Made by a program: the position numbers and the translations under genes. From Azolla caroliniana (taxonomy: Eukaryota; Plantae; Polypodiophyta), in assembly GCA_043228905.1 (NCBI GenBank), contig JBHGNT010000013.1, positions 7,254,001 to 7,318,000 of the forward strand: DNA of 64,000 bases, written 5' to 3'. The notes beneath the pieces were generated by a model. That model made no database searches, had not been told where the DNA came from, and was given only the letters and a program-made list of their open reading frames with translations. Every line of letters starts with the position of its first letter. Position 1 is the first letter of the stretch. Positions 21,303-34,619 of the stretch are shown here, piece by piece.

Positions 21303-24300
21303 AGAGGACTGCCAAGGCGTGGGGCCGCGACAGTCCGGATGCTCCGGGAAAACCCCACATCTGTACGATAAAACCGTGTACAATAGGTAGGAAATTTTGC
21401 TTCTCCGACAGCGGAGCATGTACGATGGTCGGCATCACCGGCCGAGAGAAAACAAAGACGGAGGGGAGACTTCGGGCGTGCGGAGTTCTCGGCCCTGACG
21501 AAGGAATCAACGGAGCCGTGGAGGCAGTCTCCTTCGACGACACCTTGGGAATGCTGGGGGAGGTAGTCGAAGAAGACTTTAACGAAGACCGGACGATACC
21601 GGTATGTTCCGAAGAAATGTACGAAGTCATCGCGGACTTCGGTCGAGGGCTCGAGTCGGAACGGACGGCCCGAGTGAGCACCAAGTACAAGACGGTGGAC
21701 CGGAAGGTGAGGCCAGTTGCGGCGCCCTTACCGGAGGGCAGCGAATCCCCAATCAAAGGGGTTGCATCGGACCCCAGCTTACGAGATCGGGCCTGCATAG
21801 GACACACCTTCACCAACGAGACGCTCTGCGAGCTGAAGATCGGTGGGGGCGGGTTCCTACTGCCGGTGGAGGAAGACCGGTTCCGGAGAATGCTCGGAAG
21901 GCACGGGAAAGCCTTCGCATTCTCGCCGGAGGAAATCGGGTGCGTGGACCCGACGATCGTAGAGCCGATGGTGATATTCACGGTACCTCATGTACCGTGG
22001 AATCTCAAGCCAATTTCGGTTCCGAGAGCTCACATCCCGAAGTTGATGGAGCTGCTGAAACAGAAAGTTGATATGGGCATTCTCGAGCCGTCGAGCGCCC
22101 CGTATTCAAACCGCTGGTTTACCGTACCAAAGAAAAACGGATCATTGCGCTTCATTCAGGACCTGCAGCCGGTCAATAGAGTGACCATTCGGAACGCGGG
22201 GATCGGACCAACCATAGACGAGTTCGCAGAGGCCTTCGCCGGAAGGTCGATTTACTCGGTCGGAGATCTATACTCAGGGTATGACCAGTTCCAGCTAGCC
22301 GTGGAGAGCAGAGACGTTACGACGATGCGAACTCCCCTCGGCCTAGTGCGGATGTGTACACTGCCGCAAGGAGGGACCAACTCGGTGGCCCACATGGTGA
22401 ATGCGATGAACAAGGTGCTGAGGGACTGCATCCCGAACATCACCATGCCGTTTCTAGACGACATCCCGATCAAGGGATGCCCGGTAGAAGAGAAGGACGA
22501 GACGATCGGGCCGGACGGATGCCGGCGATTCGTGACGGCGCACATCGACGACTGCGAGAAGGTGCTGCAAAGACTAGAGGATGCGAGGCTCACCTTCTCG
22601 GGGGAGAAATCAGCCTTTGGGCAGTCGGAGATCATGGTGGTCGGACACTTATGTGGGCCGTATGGCCGGAAACCGTCTCCGGCAAAGGTAGAAGCCATCT
22701 CCGCGATGAAGCCCGACTGCAGCTCGGTCACGGAAGTACGAAGATTCCTGGGGGCATGCGCATTCTACCACATATGGATCCCGCATTACGCCCACATTGC
22801 GGAGCCGCTATACGGATTATTGAGGAAGGGGCGAAGATTCGAATGGCTAGACAAGCACACGGAGTCGGTCCGGAAGCTGAAGGAGGCTCTTTCGGCAGCA
22901 CCGGCGCTCCGAAAGGCCGTCTACAGGAAGGGCACCCCAGTGTACATGACGGTTGACACGAGTCCAACCGGAATCGGGTGGGTCGTCAACCAAGAAGACG
23001 AGGACGGGAATCGGTTTCCGATCCGATTCGGCGCGAAGGTCCTCAGCGAACGGCAGCGAGGATACGCCCAGGTTAAACGCGAACTCTGGGGTATCGTTTC
23101 GGCGGTGAAGGCCGACAAGGACTATCTGATCGGGACGGAGGTAATCATAGAGACGGATTGCATGCCGATTCTCGGCATGGTTTCCGGATGCGCGACGCCG
23201 GACCTGGCAATGCTCAGGTGGATAGCGTACATTAAGTCCCTAGACCCGGTAATACGACACATTTCCGGGAAAGACAACGCCATGGCCGACATGCTTTCAA
23301 GGGCGAGATTCGAGGACGAGGGCGGCATGGTTTCGGAGGACGAAGAGGTCGGCGTGGACTTCTTCGAGACTGCGTATGTAACAACCGGCGGGACAAGCAC
23401 TCCGGCGCTTAACGACTTCGACGCGAGCAAGTACGACGGGGAGTGGCTGCAGATCGGTGGGTTTTTGAAGACAATGACGCCCGATGCGTCATGGACGAAG
23501 GACGAGGCCAACCGGATCCGGAGGAAAGCGTACCGGTTCTTCCTCCGGGATGGCTATCTATGGAAGCACCCGAAGAAGAGGGACGGCGCTCCGCTCCGGG
23601 TGGTGGCGATGAAGGAAGAACAGGGGGAGCTGCTGACGGCCTACCACGACAGCCCTTGGGCTGGACACCGTGGAACATGGGCTACGTTTGAGAAACTGAA
23701 GGGGAAGTATTGGTGGCCGGGGCAGTACCAGGACGTGCATCGGTTCGTGACAACTTGCGAGAGCTGTCAGATGCACTCCATAGTCCGACATCGGGACGAG
23801 CTTCACCCCACGTACCCTCCGACCATCCACTTCAAATGGATGGTAGATCTGGTGACGATGCCAATGGGGGTAGGACAGATGCGGTACCTGGTCCTAGCGC
23901 GGGAGGATCTGACGAACCAGGTGGAAGGCCGGGCCCTTTCGAACAAAACAACCGCGGCCGTATGCCGGTTCCTAATCGAGGACGTGATATGCCGGTACGG
24001 GTGCGTCGGGAAGATCGTGGCTGACCGAGGGGAGTTGGACGCCGAAGAAGCCGCGGAGCTGTTCGACCGGCTGGGAGTCAAGCTCTCGCTCACCACTGCG
24101 TACAATCCGGAGGCGAATGGGAAGGTGGAGCGCGGACACGGGCCGATCGTCAAGGCGTTGGTTCGGGCATGCGGAGGCCAAGTCGGTAACTGGCCGCGGC
24201 TGCTACCTTATGCCTTGTGGGCAGACCGGACCACGCACAGTTCGGTAACAGGGTACATGCCGACGGAGCTCATGTTCGGCCAGAAGCCGATCATGCCGAT

Positions 24301-24781
24301 GGAACGGACGATCTCCTCGTGGGCAACGGTCGACTGGAGGGACGAGATGAGCCGGGAGGAGTTGTTGGCCGCGCGTATACGACAGCTCGAGCGGAGACCG
24401 GAGGACGTGGAACTGGCTGCGGAGAGGCTCCGGGTGGCGAGGGCAAAGGACAAAGCCAGGTTCGACCGAACGCACCGGCTCTGACCGAAGAAGATCGAAG
24501 AAGGTGACTGGGTGCTCGTCTACGACAGCAGCCTTGACAACCAGCACCGAGCTACACGGAAGTTCGCACGAAGGTGGTTTGGGCCTTACGCGGTACGGAG
24601 CGCCAATGACAACGGGACATATCACCTGGCGGAACTCGACGGCACGAGAATGGCGGTACCGGTTGCAGGGAAGCGGATCAAAGCGTTCAAGAAGCGACAC
24701 GACGACGAGCCAGACCCGGCTCTCCTGGTCGGCAGTGACGAACGATCCGAAAACGAGGAAGGACTGACGGGCGAGGAATGA
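21296..24781 (+). CDS. G2 ORF2: RT-RNase H-integrase, probably reached by -1 frameshift; one premature TGA at 24482
   Basis: The frame is open from the ORF1 stop region through ORF 21425-24484 and continues in frame (24512-24781, WFGPY). Motifs DLYSGYDQ, PFLDDI, VDTSPTGIG, HHCC and NPEANGKVER. Confidence 0.9.
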
Positions 24782-25621
24782 AGACGGGCCGGTTTTCTCC
24801 GTCCCAACTTTCTTGGCGCATACCGGAGGATGCGCGGTTAGGTGGGGGCGGATGTCGTGAAGAAAACCGTCCATAGGCGGAATCGGCGCACCAAGGCGTG
24901 GGAACCGGTTCTTCACGCGCGCACGCTCCAAGTTGTACATAGAAGCGAATTAGGGGAAATCGGCAGGAACGGGCCCTAACTCAAGTGGAGACAAAGACCG
25001 CGCGAACAGTCTTTTCGGTCGCGCGCGCGAACTGTACGAGTCGGCGGCGTAACTACGCGGATGCGTGAAAAACGGAGCGGATCCCTGTCCAAAAGGGACA
25101 GGGAATAAAGCTGACAGGACGGCCTGCTCGTCGGCATATATAAGGAGCGGGGAAAGAGCTGTTGCAGGGATCTGGCACGGAGAGGACGAAGTGCTGTCGG
25201 ACCGTTTCTGGACGCTTCTCTCTCTCTGTTCCCTTCCTTCTTGAGCTCCATAGCTTTTCTGTGCAGGGTTCCGAGGAGGCTCGCGCTGTTTCGAGGAACG
25301 CCCGAGTGCTTCCGGCAGCCCGTTTGTGCGTCGAAGCGAACAGGCATCGGCATCTGTTCGCCGGCCTGTTCGGTTGTAACCAACCTGTGCCCCATCGAGG
25401 GTTGTAGTCGTGTTAGCCATTTTTGTTAATACACATATTTAGTCATTCGCATCTGTCTGTGTCGGTGTCTGTTCGCGTTCTCCGTGCTGAAGGGCCGTGT
25501 CCCGTGTATCCCCGGTCCTGCGTAGCCGGTACTCTCTCTTTCTCCTCCCTCGCTTGCTCTTTGGTTCGAGACCCCCGCGGTCCCGCCTCGATTCCACACG
25601 CACTTGCATAATATCTCGACA

Positions 25622-26517
25622 ACGTGTTGCACGACCCAACAATAACGAAGAACCTAGTGTCTATCGGTTAGATCATCGACCAAGGAATGCAGGTTCGATT
25701 CACGCATCTCTGCTGCTTCATAGAAGAGGAAGGCAAAGTAATCGCGCAAGGGCGCCATGAAGGGAGGATGTTTATTCTCGACACTAATCAAGCCGGAACC
25801 GCGTTGTACGTGAAAGGACAAAAGGTCGAATCAGATATCGACCTGTGGCACAAGCAGTTCGGCCACATAAATTTCCCTCGGCTTCATGAAATGCAGACGA
25901 ACAACATTGTTTTCGGGTTGCCGAAATGTCGTGGCCGGAATGGCCAAGTCTGCGAAGCCTGTCAGATGGGAAAACAACACTGACTTCCATTCCCCAATGA
26001 GCGTAATCGTAGTCAAAGTCCGCTGGATTTGATCCATTCGGATGTGTGGGGTCCGGCACAGAGCATGAGTCTTGGTGGAAGCCGTTACTTTGTAACCTTC
26101 ATCGATGACTTCACTCGGCACACGTGGGCATTCATGATTGAGAAGAAGGGCGAAGTCTTCGCATCTTTCCTGAAGGTGAAGAGCCTTGCGGAAAGGGAAA
26201 CGGGGCGTAAGATCAAATGCCTATGGTCCGATGGCGGGAAGGAGTACTTCTCCGACCAGTTCACAAGTTATCTATAGAAGGAGGGAATTCGACGCAAATT
26301 CTCGTGTAGAAACCAAACTTGGCACACTTGAGGATTTTCGGCAGCATCGCATATGTGCACGTGTCGAAGGAGAAACAGAGGAAGCTGGACGTGAAGGCCG
26401 AGAAGTGTATCTCGGTCGGCTATTCACACGAGTAGAGGGTTATAAATGTTATAACCCACGCACCAAACAAGTGCGTGTGAGCCGCGACGTTGTGTTCAAC
26501 AAGTCCGCTTCGTGGTA
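25622..26517 (+). pseudogene. C3 protease-integrase remnant with an internal deletion at ~26310
   Basis: DLWHKQFGH, IHSDVWGPA; jump from FSCR to KPNL. Confidence 0.87.
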
Positions 26518-29500
26518 TGTTGAGCGGCAAGCTCAACTGGAGCCGGATCGGCTAAATAAGCCTGAGCCGGCAAGCGAGACGGATCGGTAAGCCGGCAAGC
26601 AACAGAGCCGGTGAGCTGGGGAGCCAGTTAGCCAGATCCAATCGGTAACTGGAAGCCTAGTATTAGTTAAGACTACTAGGCAATTATAGTCTCGTAGTAA
26701 GTGTCAGAAGCTCGTGTGAGCATTGAAGTACGCAATACTTCTGTCAGTCCCATGAGGACTTGTATAAATAGTGCTACTAAGCACAGTTGTAAAATACAGA
26801 ATGATTATATCGTTTTGAATATAACTCTTACGTTCTGCTCTCTCTGTCTCTCCCGTGTACTCCTTGTATTCCCTACTTCCTCTGTTTTCTAACGCTTCCG
26901 CAAGTAATCGTTTACATGGTATCAGAGCGTGAGGGTTGAGAACCTCTGCAGCCGACAAACGCTTGAAAGCAAACCCTAATAGGTCATAAGAACAGCAGAA
27001 AAGAAGTGATGGATAGAGGGATGGCTAGCTCGCTCCCTGTGGAGAAACTCAACAAATCCAACTATGCATCTTGGTCGTATAAGATGCACCAGTACTTGCT
27101 TGGGCATGGCTACTGGAGTTTCGTCGAAGGAGCCAACGAAACAGCACCTGATGCGGCACATAAGGATTTCCCAGTGTGGGAACAACCTGCAAGCAGAGTG
27201 ATGTACTACTTCGCGTCCAGTGTCGGAGACCAGTTGCTAAGCTACATCCGAGATGCCAAAACGTTGAAGGAGGCTTGGGGTAACCCTGAAGAAGGTTTTC
27301 GCCGCGAGCACTATAGCCCGGAAGCTACAACTCCGACAGGAGTTGAGCAATGTCCGACAAAAGGACATGTCGGTGGCGGATTACACGACCCGGATCAAAG
27401 AGATCTGTGACTCGCTTGCCTCCATTAACGTTACCGTAGAGGAAGACGAGATGGTACAGGTCTGTCTTGGGGGTCTGGCGTCTAAGTTTAGAGCGTTCCG
27501 AACGGCGGTGTGTACAAGGGAGAATACGTCGTCATTTCTCGACTTACAGTTAATGCTCCTTGTAGAGGAGAACCACGCCGGTGCGTCAACTAGCGCACCC
27601 ACTGACAGCCGGATGCTGTACACGGGGGCGGATCGGTCTCGTGGGCGTGGTGGACGAGGCGGGTCGGCACGCAATGGAGGCGGCCGGCAAGAGCAAGAAC
27701 GAAGGCATAGAGAACGTGGCGACAGCAGTTCCGGGACTTCCACATGCAGGGGGAGTCAAGGTAGTGCCGGAGGCTGGCAAGACAAATCTGCAACGGAATC
27801 TTGGTACTGTGGCAAAAAGGGCCACAGAGAAAGCGAGTGTTGGAGAAAACGAGCCGATTCGGACAAATCCGGATCCGGCAAGGATGGCCGGCAAAGCTCG
27901 CACTACGGGAAGGGATCGGGAGGATCCAAGAACGGTAACGGACTCGATGAAGAAGACCACTTCCAAATCGGAGGAAGTGTGGTATGTTGATTCTGGTGCG
28001 TCAAACCACATGACGAGCCACAAAGAGTGGTTCTTCTTTTTGGAGAAACCGGATCAACCAGGAGTAGTCGAAACCGGAGACGACACTCCTCACCCAATCA
28101 TGCACGTCGGAGAAGTCCCTTTGAGCCACGTCGGACAGAAGGGGAAGCTGATGAACGTATTACACGTTTTGACAATCACGAAGAACCTAGTATCGGTCGG
28201 ACAAATCGTCGACCAGGGTATGCAGGTGCGGTTTACGCACCTTGGGTGCTTCATCGAGGAAGAGGGCCAAATTATTGCGCAAGGGCACAGAGACGGGAGG
28301 ATGTTTATCCTCGACACCAATGACGTCGGCACCACTCTGTTTGGAAAAGGACAGAAGGTCGAATCGGACATCGACTTGTGGCACAAGCAGATAGGCCACG
28401 TCAATTACCAGAGGCTTCAAGACCTGCAAACGAAACAAGTTGTTTTCGGTTTGCTGAAGTTCAGCGGCCGAAAGGCCCAAGTATGTGAAGCCTGCCAACT
28501 CAGGAAGCAACACCGGCTTCCATTCCCCACCGAATGTAACCGGATCCGTAACAAGCTCGACCTTATCCATTTGGATGTGTGGGGACCGGCACAGAATGTT
28601 AGTCTTGGCGGGAATCGATATTTCGTCTCCTTCATCGACGACTATACGCGGCACACATGGATCTACCTCATTGAGCGAAAGAGTGAAGTCTTCGAGTGTT
28701 TCCGGAGTCTCCAAAGCATGGTGGAACGGGAATCGGAGAGGAAGATCGAATGCCTGCGGTCGGATGGCGGGAAAGAATACTTTTCCGGCCAATTCAACAG
28801 TTATCTACAGCAAACGGGAATTCGGCGGGAGTTCAGCTGCAAGTACACACCGCAACAGAATGGTGTTGCCGAGAGGAAGAACCGATCGCTTATTGATGCG
28901 GCAAGGGCAATGTTGGAGGAGAAGAGCATGCCCAAATTCTATTGGGCGGAGGCAGTCCAAACGGTTGTCTACATCCAGAACCGGATCGGTGATAAGGTGT
29001 CAACTTACGAGCTGTATTTCGGGCGCAAGCCAAATTTGAGACACCTTAAGATCTTCGGTAGCATTGCATATGTGCATGTACCGGAAGAGAAGCGGAGGAA
29101 GCTGGATGCAAAATCGAAAAAATGCATCCTAATCGGCTACGCTCAAGAGCAGAAGGGTTATAAGTGTTATAACCCCCGGACAAAGCAGGTCCGAGTTAGT
29201 CAAGATGTCGAGTTCGATGAATCGGCATCATGGTATTCCTTACCGACTCCGACTTCCGATTCCGACCCGATGCTGGTGGATGAGGCTAGTGAGCCTGAAC
29301 CGGCCCAGATAGAGGATGATGAAGCGTGGACTTAGGATGAGAGTCCGGAATCGTTCCGGTTGAGCGGGCCAAACGAGAGACTGAGTCAATCTGACCAGTT
29401 CGATGAGGAACCAGCGAGTAGTGGAGACTATATCGTGCACTCCCCGCGCAAGGAACCGAGGCGACGGTTCACACGCAAGGAGAAGGGGAAGAAGAAGATG

Positions 29501-32215
29501 CCGGAATTCGAAACCGGCAACGATGAGTCGGATCAGTGTGCATCTGACTCCAGCAAGGAGAAAGGCGGACCTTCGGCAAAGAAGACCGAACCGGCCAAGA
29601 AGGGCCTCAAACCGGGTAATAGTGAGTTACGTTGGTTCACCCGCCAGAAGGATCCCGTCAAGCGGTATGGGTACAATGAGTACATGGCGCATCACTATGC
29701 GTACATGACTAAGGTGGCAGAAGTGCGTGAGCCGGAGAGCTACGCAGAAGCGGCCAAGGACGCAAATTGGCGTGCCGCTATGGAGGAAGAAATGTGGGCA
29801 CTTGATGTCAACAAGACATGGGACCTGGTTGACCCTCCTCATCACTGTAAACCAATCGGATGCAAGTGGGTGTACAAAGTAAAGTACAACACCGACGGTT
29901 CAGTTAACCAGTACAAGGCCCGGTTAGTGGCGAAGGGATATGCGTAGACCCACGGAATCGACTACGACGAGACCTTCGCTCCTGTAGCGAAGATGAGGAT
30001 GGTTCGTGTGGTGTTGGCGGTTGTTGCGGCAAGGGGGTGGCATCTTCATCAGATGGATGTGAAGAATGCATTTCTTCAAGGTGATCTTGATGAAGAAGTC
30101 TTTATGACTCAGCCTCCCGGTTTTCAATCGGAGATGAACAAGTCGGCGGTATGCCGGCTGAAGAAGTCATTGTACGGCCTAAAGCAAGCCCCTCGAGCTT
30201 GGAATGCGAAGATCACGCACCAATTGTGTAAGATGGGGTTTGTGGCCTCCAAATCGCACTCTTCATTGTTCATCCGGCAAGGCTCAGCCGGTCCGGTATG
30301 TATACTGCTGTATGTTGATAATCTAGTCATCACCGGACTAGGAGTTCCAGAAATCAACCGCGTCAAGTCCCTGTTGTCAGACGCATTTGAGATGAAGGAT
30401 CTGGGGGACCTTCATTATTTTCTTGGGATCGAGGTGATCCGAACCCCCGACGGCATATTACTCTCACAACGACATTACGTCTTGAATATGTTGTACAAGT
30501 TCAGCATGACAGAATGTCGACCTGTCTCCACACCCTTGGACCGGAACCAGAAGCTCCGTCCCAACACCGAACCGGCCTGCAACGCGAAACGGTTCTGACA
30601 AATTGTCGGAAGCCTTATTTACCTGACCATCACCCGACCCGACATCAGCTATCCAGTCGGAATGATAAGTCAGTTCATGCAGAAGCCGACCGTGGAGCAC
30701 CTTCAATGCGTGTAGCGGATACTGCGATATGTAAGCGGCACGAAGGACCGGGGACTGTTATACCGGTGAGGTATAACCGAAGAGCTGGTCGGTTACACAG
30801 ATGCCGACTGGCCCGGCGATGCATCAAATCGCCGATCAACCTCCGATTACATGTTTTCCCTAGGTAGCTCCTGCTATTGCATGGAGCAGCAAAAAGCATC
30901 CAATAGGTTCTCTGTCGAGCACTGAGGCTGAGTATCGGGGAGCTACCATTGCTACCTGTGAAGCCATTTGGCTTCGGCGACTGCTGCAAGACCTACAGAT
31001 CGAGGTACCGACCCCGATTCTGGTCTGTTGCGACAACATAAGCAGCATGCAACTTGCCAAGAACCCCGTATTCCATGCTCACACAAAACACATAGAAGTG
31101 CACTATCACTTCGTGCGTGAGCATGTCCTAAGCGGTGAGGTTGAACTTCGGTATGTTCACACGGATCGGCAAGTTGCTGACATCTTCACCAAACCACTTG
31201 GATCAGACAAGTTGCAGCACTTCACCGAAATGTTTGGTGTTCAACATCTCGACATGCCACACTTGAGGGGGAGAACAGGCAAAGACACCGGAACGGGCAA
31301 AGGCAAAGAGACTGTCGATTGCGCCGGTGAGGGAAGAACAGAAGGCGGCAGAGTCAAGAAGGACAGAGCCGACCGAAGGAAGAAGGCCAAGACCCGGACA
31401 TGGTCCGATGTGGTGAAGGGCTTGGAACCAAAAGACGAATCGGGAGCAACCGATTCGGACAAGAGCTGGAACAAATCGGAGACAGTCGATTCGGTTCAAA
31501 AGACAAATTCGGAAGAACCGGATCAATTCAAGGCCAAGCAGACACGGATGCAACGGAAGTCGATGCCATCGCGGAGGAATTGACGGATCGATAAGCGCCG
31601 GAGTCATAGCAACGAAGGAGCTGAGAGGGGCCTATTGAGCAGACATACCGACCGAGAAGGTCGAGGCGCGCAAAACAAGAGGGGTTGCGGCAAACAGAAC
31701 CGGACCGGACGAGGAGCGCGAGCAAGGCGGAGCGACACCAAGAGAAGTCGGATGGAAGAACTGACTGCCATAGAGACTAACACTAGGATCCAACCTCAAG
31801 TTGAGCTTGAGGGGGAGTGTTGAGCGGCAAGCTCAACTAGAGTTGGATCGGCTAAATAAGCCTAAGCCGGCAAGCGAGACAGATCGGTAAGCCGGCAAGC
31901 AACAGAGCTGGTGAGCTGGGGAGCCGATTAGCCGGATCCAATCAGTAACCGGAAGCCTAGTATTAGTTTAGACTACTAGGCAATTATAGTCTCCTAGTAA
32001 GTGTCAGAAGCTCGTGTGAGCATTGAAGTACGTTGTACTTCTGTCAGTCCCATGAGGACTTGTATAAATAGTGCTACTGAGCACAGTTGTAAAAATAGAG
32101 TGATTATATCTTTTTGAATATAACTCTTACGTTCTGCTCTCTCTATCTCTCCCATGTACTCCTTGTATTCCCTACTTCCTCTGTTTTCTAACGCTTTCGC
32201 AAGTAATCGTTTACA
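26518..32215 (+). mobile_element. Full-length degenerate Copia C6
   Basis: LTRs at 26518-26916 and 31818-32215, PBS at 26917-26928, PPT at ~31803-31817, TSD TGGTA. Confidence 0.95.
27009..31583 (+). pseudogene. C6 gag-pol with frameshifts and stops
   Basis: ORF pieces 27006-27410, 27343-27990, 27581-29335, 29360-29947, 29993-30598 and 31047-31583 cover all Copia domains. Confidence 0.92.
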
Positions 32216-34619
32216 TGGTACCTGCCTTCCCCTCCAGAACCTCATGACTCCATTCTGATTTCTAAATAAGAAATCCGCAAGGATGAAATGCCTCCGCATG
32301 ATGAGGACGTTGGAGCTCTGAGAGAGAGTCCGATCTCATTTCGGCTAAGCGGGCCGAATGAGGGGTTGGGCCAAGATCGCCAACTAGATGATGAGACGAT
32401 GAGTAATGAAGACTCGGTCGTGCATTCCCCGCGTAAAGAAACGAGGAGACGGTTTACGTGTAAAGAGAAGGGCAAGAAGAAAATGCCGGAATACGACTTC
32501 GGTAGTACCGAGTCAGATCGGAGCGAGTTTGACTACAGGCAAACTGGAAAGGAACCTCCATGCAAGAGGTCGACAGTAGCCGAAAAGGTCGCAAATTGGG
32601 TAATCACGGATTACACCGATCTACCCGCCTCAAGAACCCCGTAAAGAGATATAGATATAATGAGTACATGGCGCACCATTACACGTACATGATGCGAGTG
32701 GCGGAAGTGCGTGAGTCGGGGCGCTACGTAGAAGCAGCGAAAGACACGAACTAGCATGCCGCAATGGAGGAAGAGATGCGCGCATTATTGGAGAATGAAA
32801 CATGGGACCTGGTCGATGCACCGAAGGGTATGAAGCCGATCAGGTGTTGATGGGTGTATAAAGTGAAATACAATACCGACGACTCCGTCAATTGATACAA
32901 GGCCCGCTTGGTAGCGAAAGGCTACGCGCAGAAGCACGGTGTGGACTACGACGAAACCTTCGTGCCTGTCGCGAAGATGACTACCATGCGAGTCCTGCTA
33001 ACCATGGCAGTGGCAAAGGGGTGGCACTTACATCAAATGGATGTAACGAACGTGTTCCTGCAAGGTGATCTTGAGGAACAGGTGTCCATGATACATACCC
33101 CTTGGTTTTCTATCCAAACGAAACACCTTGGCGGTTTGCCGACTGAAGAAGTCATTGTCGAGCCTGGAACGCGAAGATTACACAACAACTGTGTAGGATG
33201 AGCTTTAGAATGTCGAAATCAGACTCTTCGCTATTTGTTCAGCAAGGTCAACACGGACCGGTTAGTATCCTCTTATATGTTGATTATTTAGTCATCGTCG
33301 GTGCCGACCTAGACGAAATCCGCCGCGTGAAGTCTCAGCTTACGGCATCGTTTGAAATGAAGGATGTCAGAGGCCTTCATTACTTTCTCGGGATCGAAGT
33401 GATCTGTACCCCCGAAGGCATATTAATCAACCAGTGTCATTACGCGCTGAATATGCTCTTCAAGTTCGGGATGGCAAACTGTAAGCCCATCTCGACTCCT
33501 CTGGATAGAAATGTGAAGCTTCGCCCAAATTCAGGAAAGACATGCGACCCGACACGGTTCTGACAGATTGTCAGAAGCCTTATCTATCTGACAATTACTC
33601 CGCCAGATCTTAGTTATCCAGTCAGCTTAATTAGTCAATGCATGTCGCAACCTACGACCGAAGACTTTCAGTGTGTGCACCGGATATTGCGTTATGTCAG
33701 TGGCACGAAAGATATGGCATTGTTTTATCGGGCAGCCGTAGCCGAATAGTTAGTCCGCTACACGGATGCTGATTGGGCCAGAAACGCCAGTGATCGTAGA
33801 TCCACATTCGGATACGCCTTCTCGTTAGGAAGTGCGGCAATCGCGTGGAGCAGCAAAAAGCAGCCGACAGTGGCACTGTTGAGCACGGAGGCCGAATATC
33901 GAGGGGCGACTGTCACTACGTGCGAAGTCATTTGGCTAAAACGGCTATTACAGGATCTGCAGATAGAGGTGTTTGGTCCGACGAGGATCTTTTGTGACAA
34001 CCTCAGCAATATCCACCTTGCGAAGAACCTCGTTTTTCACACCCGGACCAAGCACATTGAGGTGCACTACCATTTTGTGCGCGAGCGGGTCCTTTCAAGT
34101 GAAGTCGGACTGGTGCATGTTCCAATTGATCGGCAGGTTGCTGACATCTTCACCAAGCCTCTTGGTCTCGACAAGTGACGGCATTTCTCAGGTGAGCTAA
34201 GGTTGTGTCACCTCGACATACCGAACTTGAGGGGGAGAAAGGAAGACGAACAGGAACAAGAGCGTGAAAGGAGCGGAGGCGTTCATCACGGCGGAAGTGA
34301 CCGTGATGAGGAATCGGATGAAGATTTCGATTTCGGACCGGCTGAAGAAGCCAAAGAAGAAAGCAAGGGCCACAATCGTAGGGAAGAACCGAGGACAGCC
34401 AAATCAGGGGGAGATACAGCCAAGAAGGGCGTAAAGGCCAAGACCAAGACGTGGTCTGATGTAGTCAAACGCCTAAAGACAGGAGACAAATTGGAGATAG
34501 CCAATTCTGATGAGAGCGGAATTGAATCGGAAGCGTTCTATTCAATCGGAATGTTCGATTCGGATACACTGAATCAACTGAAGGCCATGCGGAGAAAATT
34601 GCAGTTAAGGACGCACTGA
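32216..34619 (+). pseudogene. C3 RT-RNase H remnant and C-terminal tail
   Basis: [30 protein letters not shown]; contains stops. Confidence 0.88.

Larger units (their letters stand above)
18363..25621 (+). mobile_element. Young, GC-rich, full-length Gypsy G2 (non-chromovirus, divergent lineage)
   Basis: 769-bp LTRs at 18363-19131 and 24853-25621 (3 differences seen). 4-bp TSD ACGT, PBS at 19136, PPT AGGTGGGGGCGGA at 24840-24852. Confidence 0.96.

Noticed and set aside
19331-24153. Numerous antisense ORFs over G2 and the Copia pol genes
   Set aside because: Shadow ORFs expected opposite GC-rich coding sequence.
32216-32220. TGGTA after the C6 3' LTR looks like the start of another PBS (tandem element)
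   Set aside because: It is the TSD (also at 26513-26517), and the sequence continues as C3 pol (WYLPSPP).
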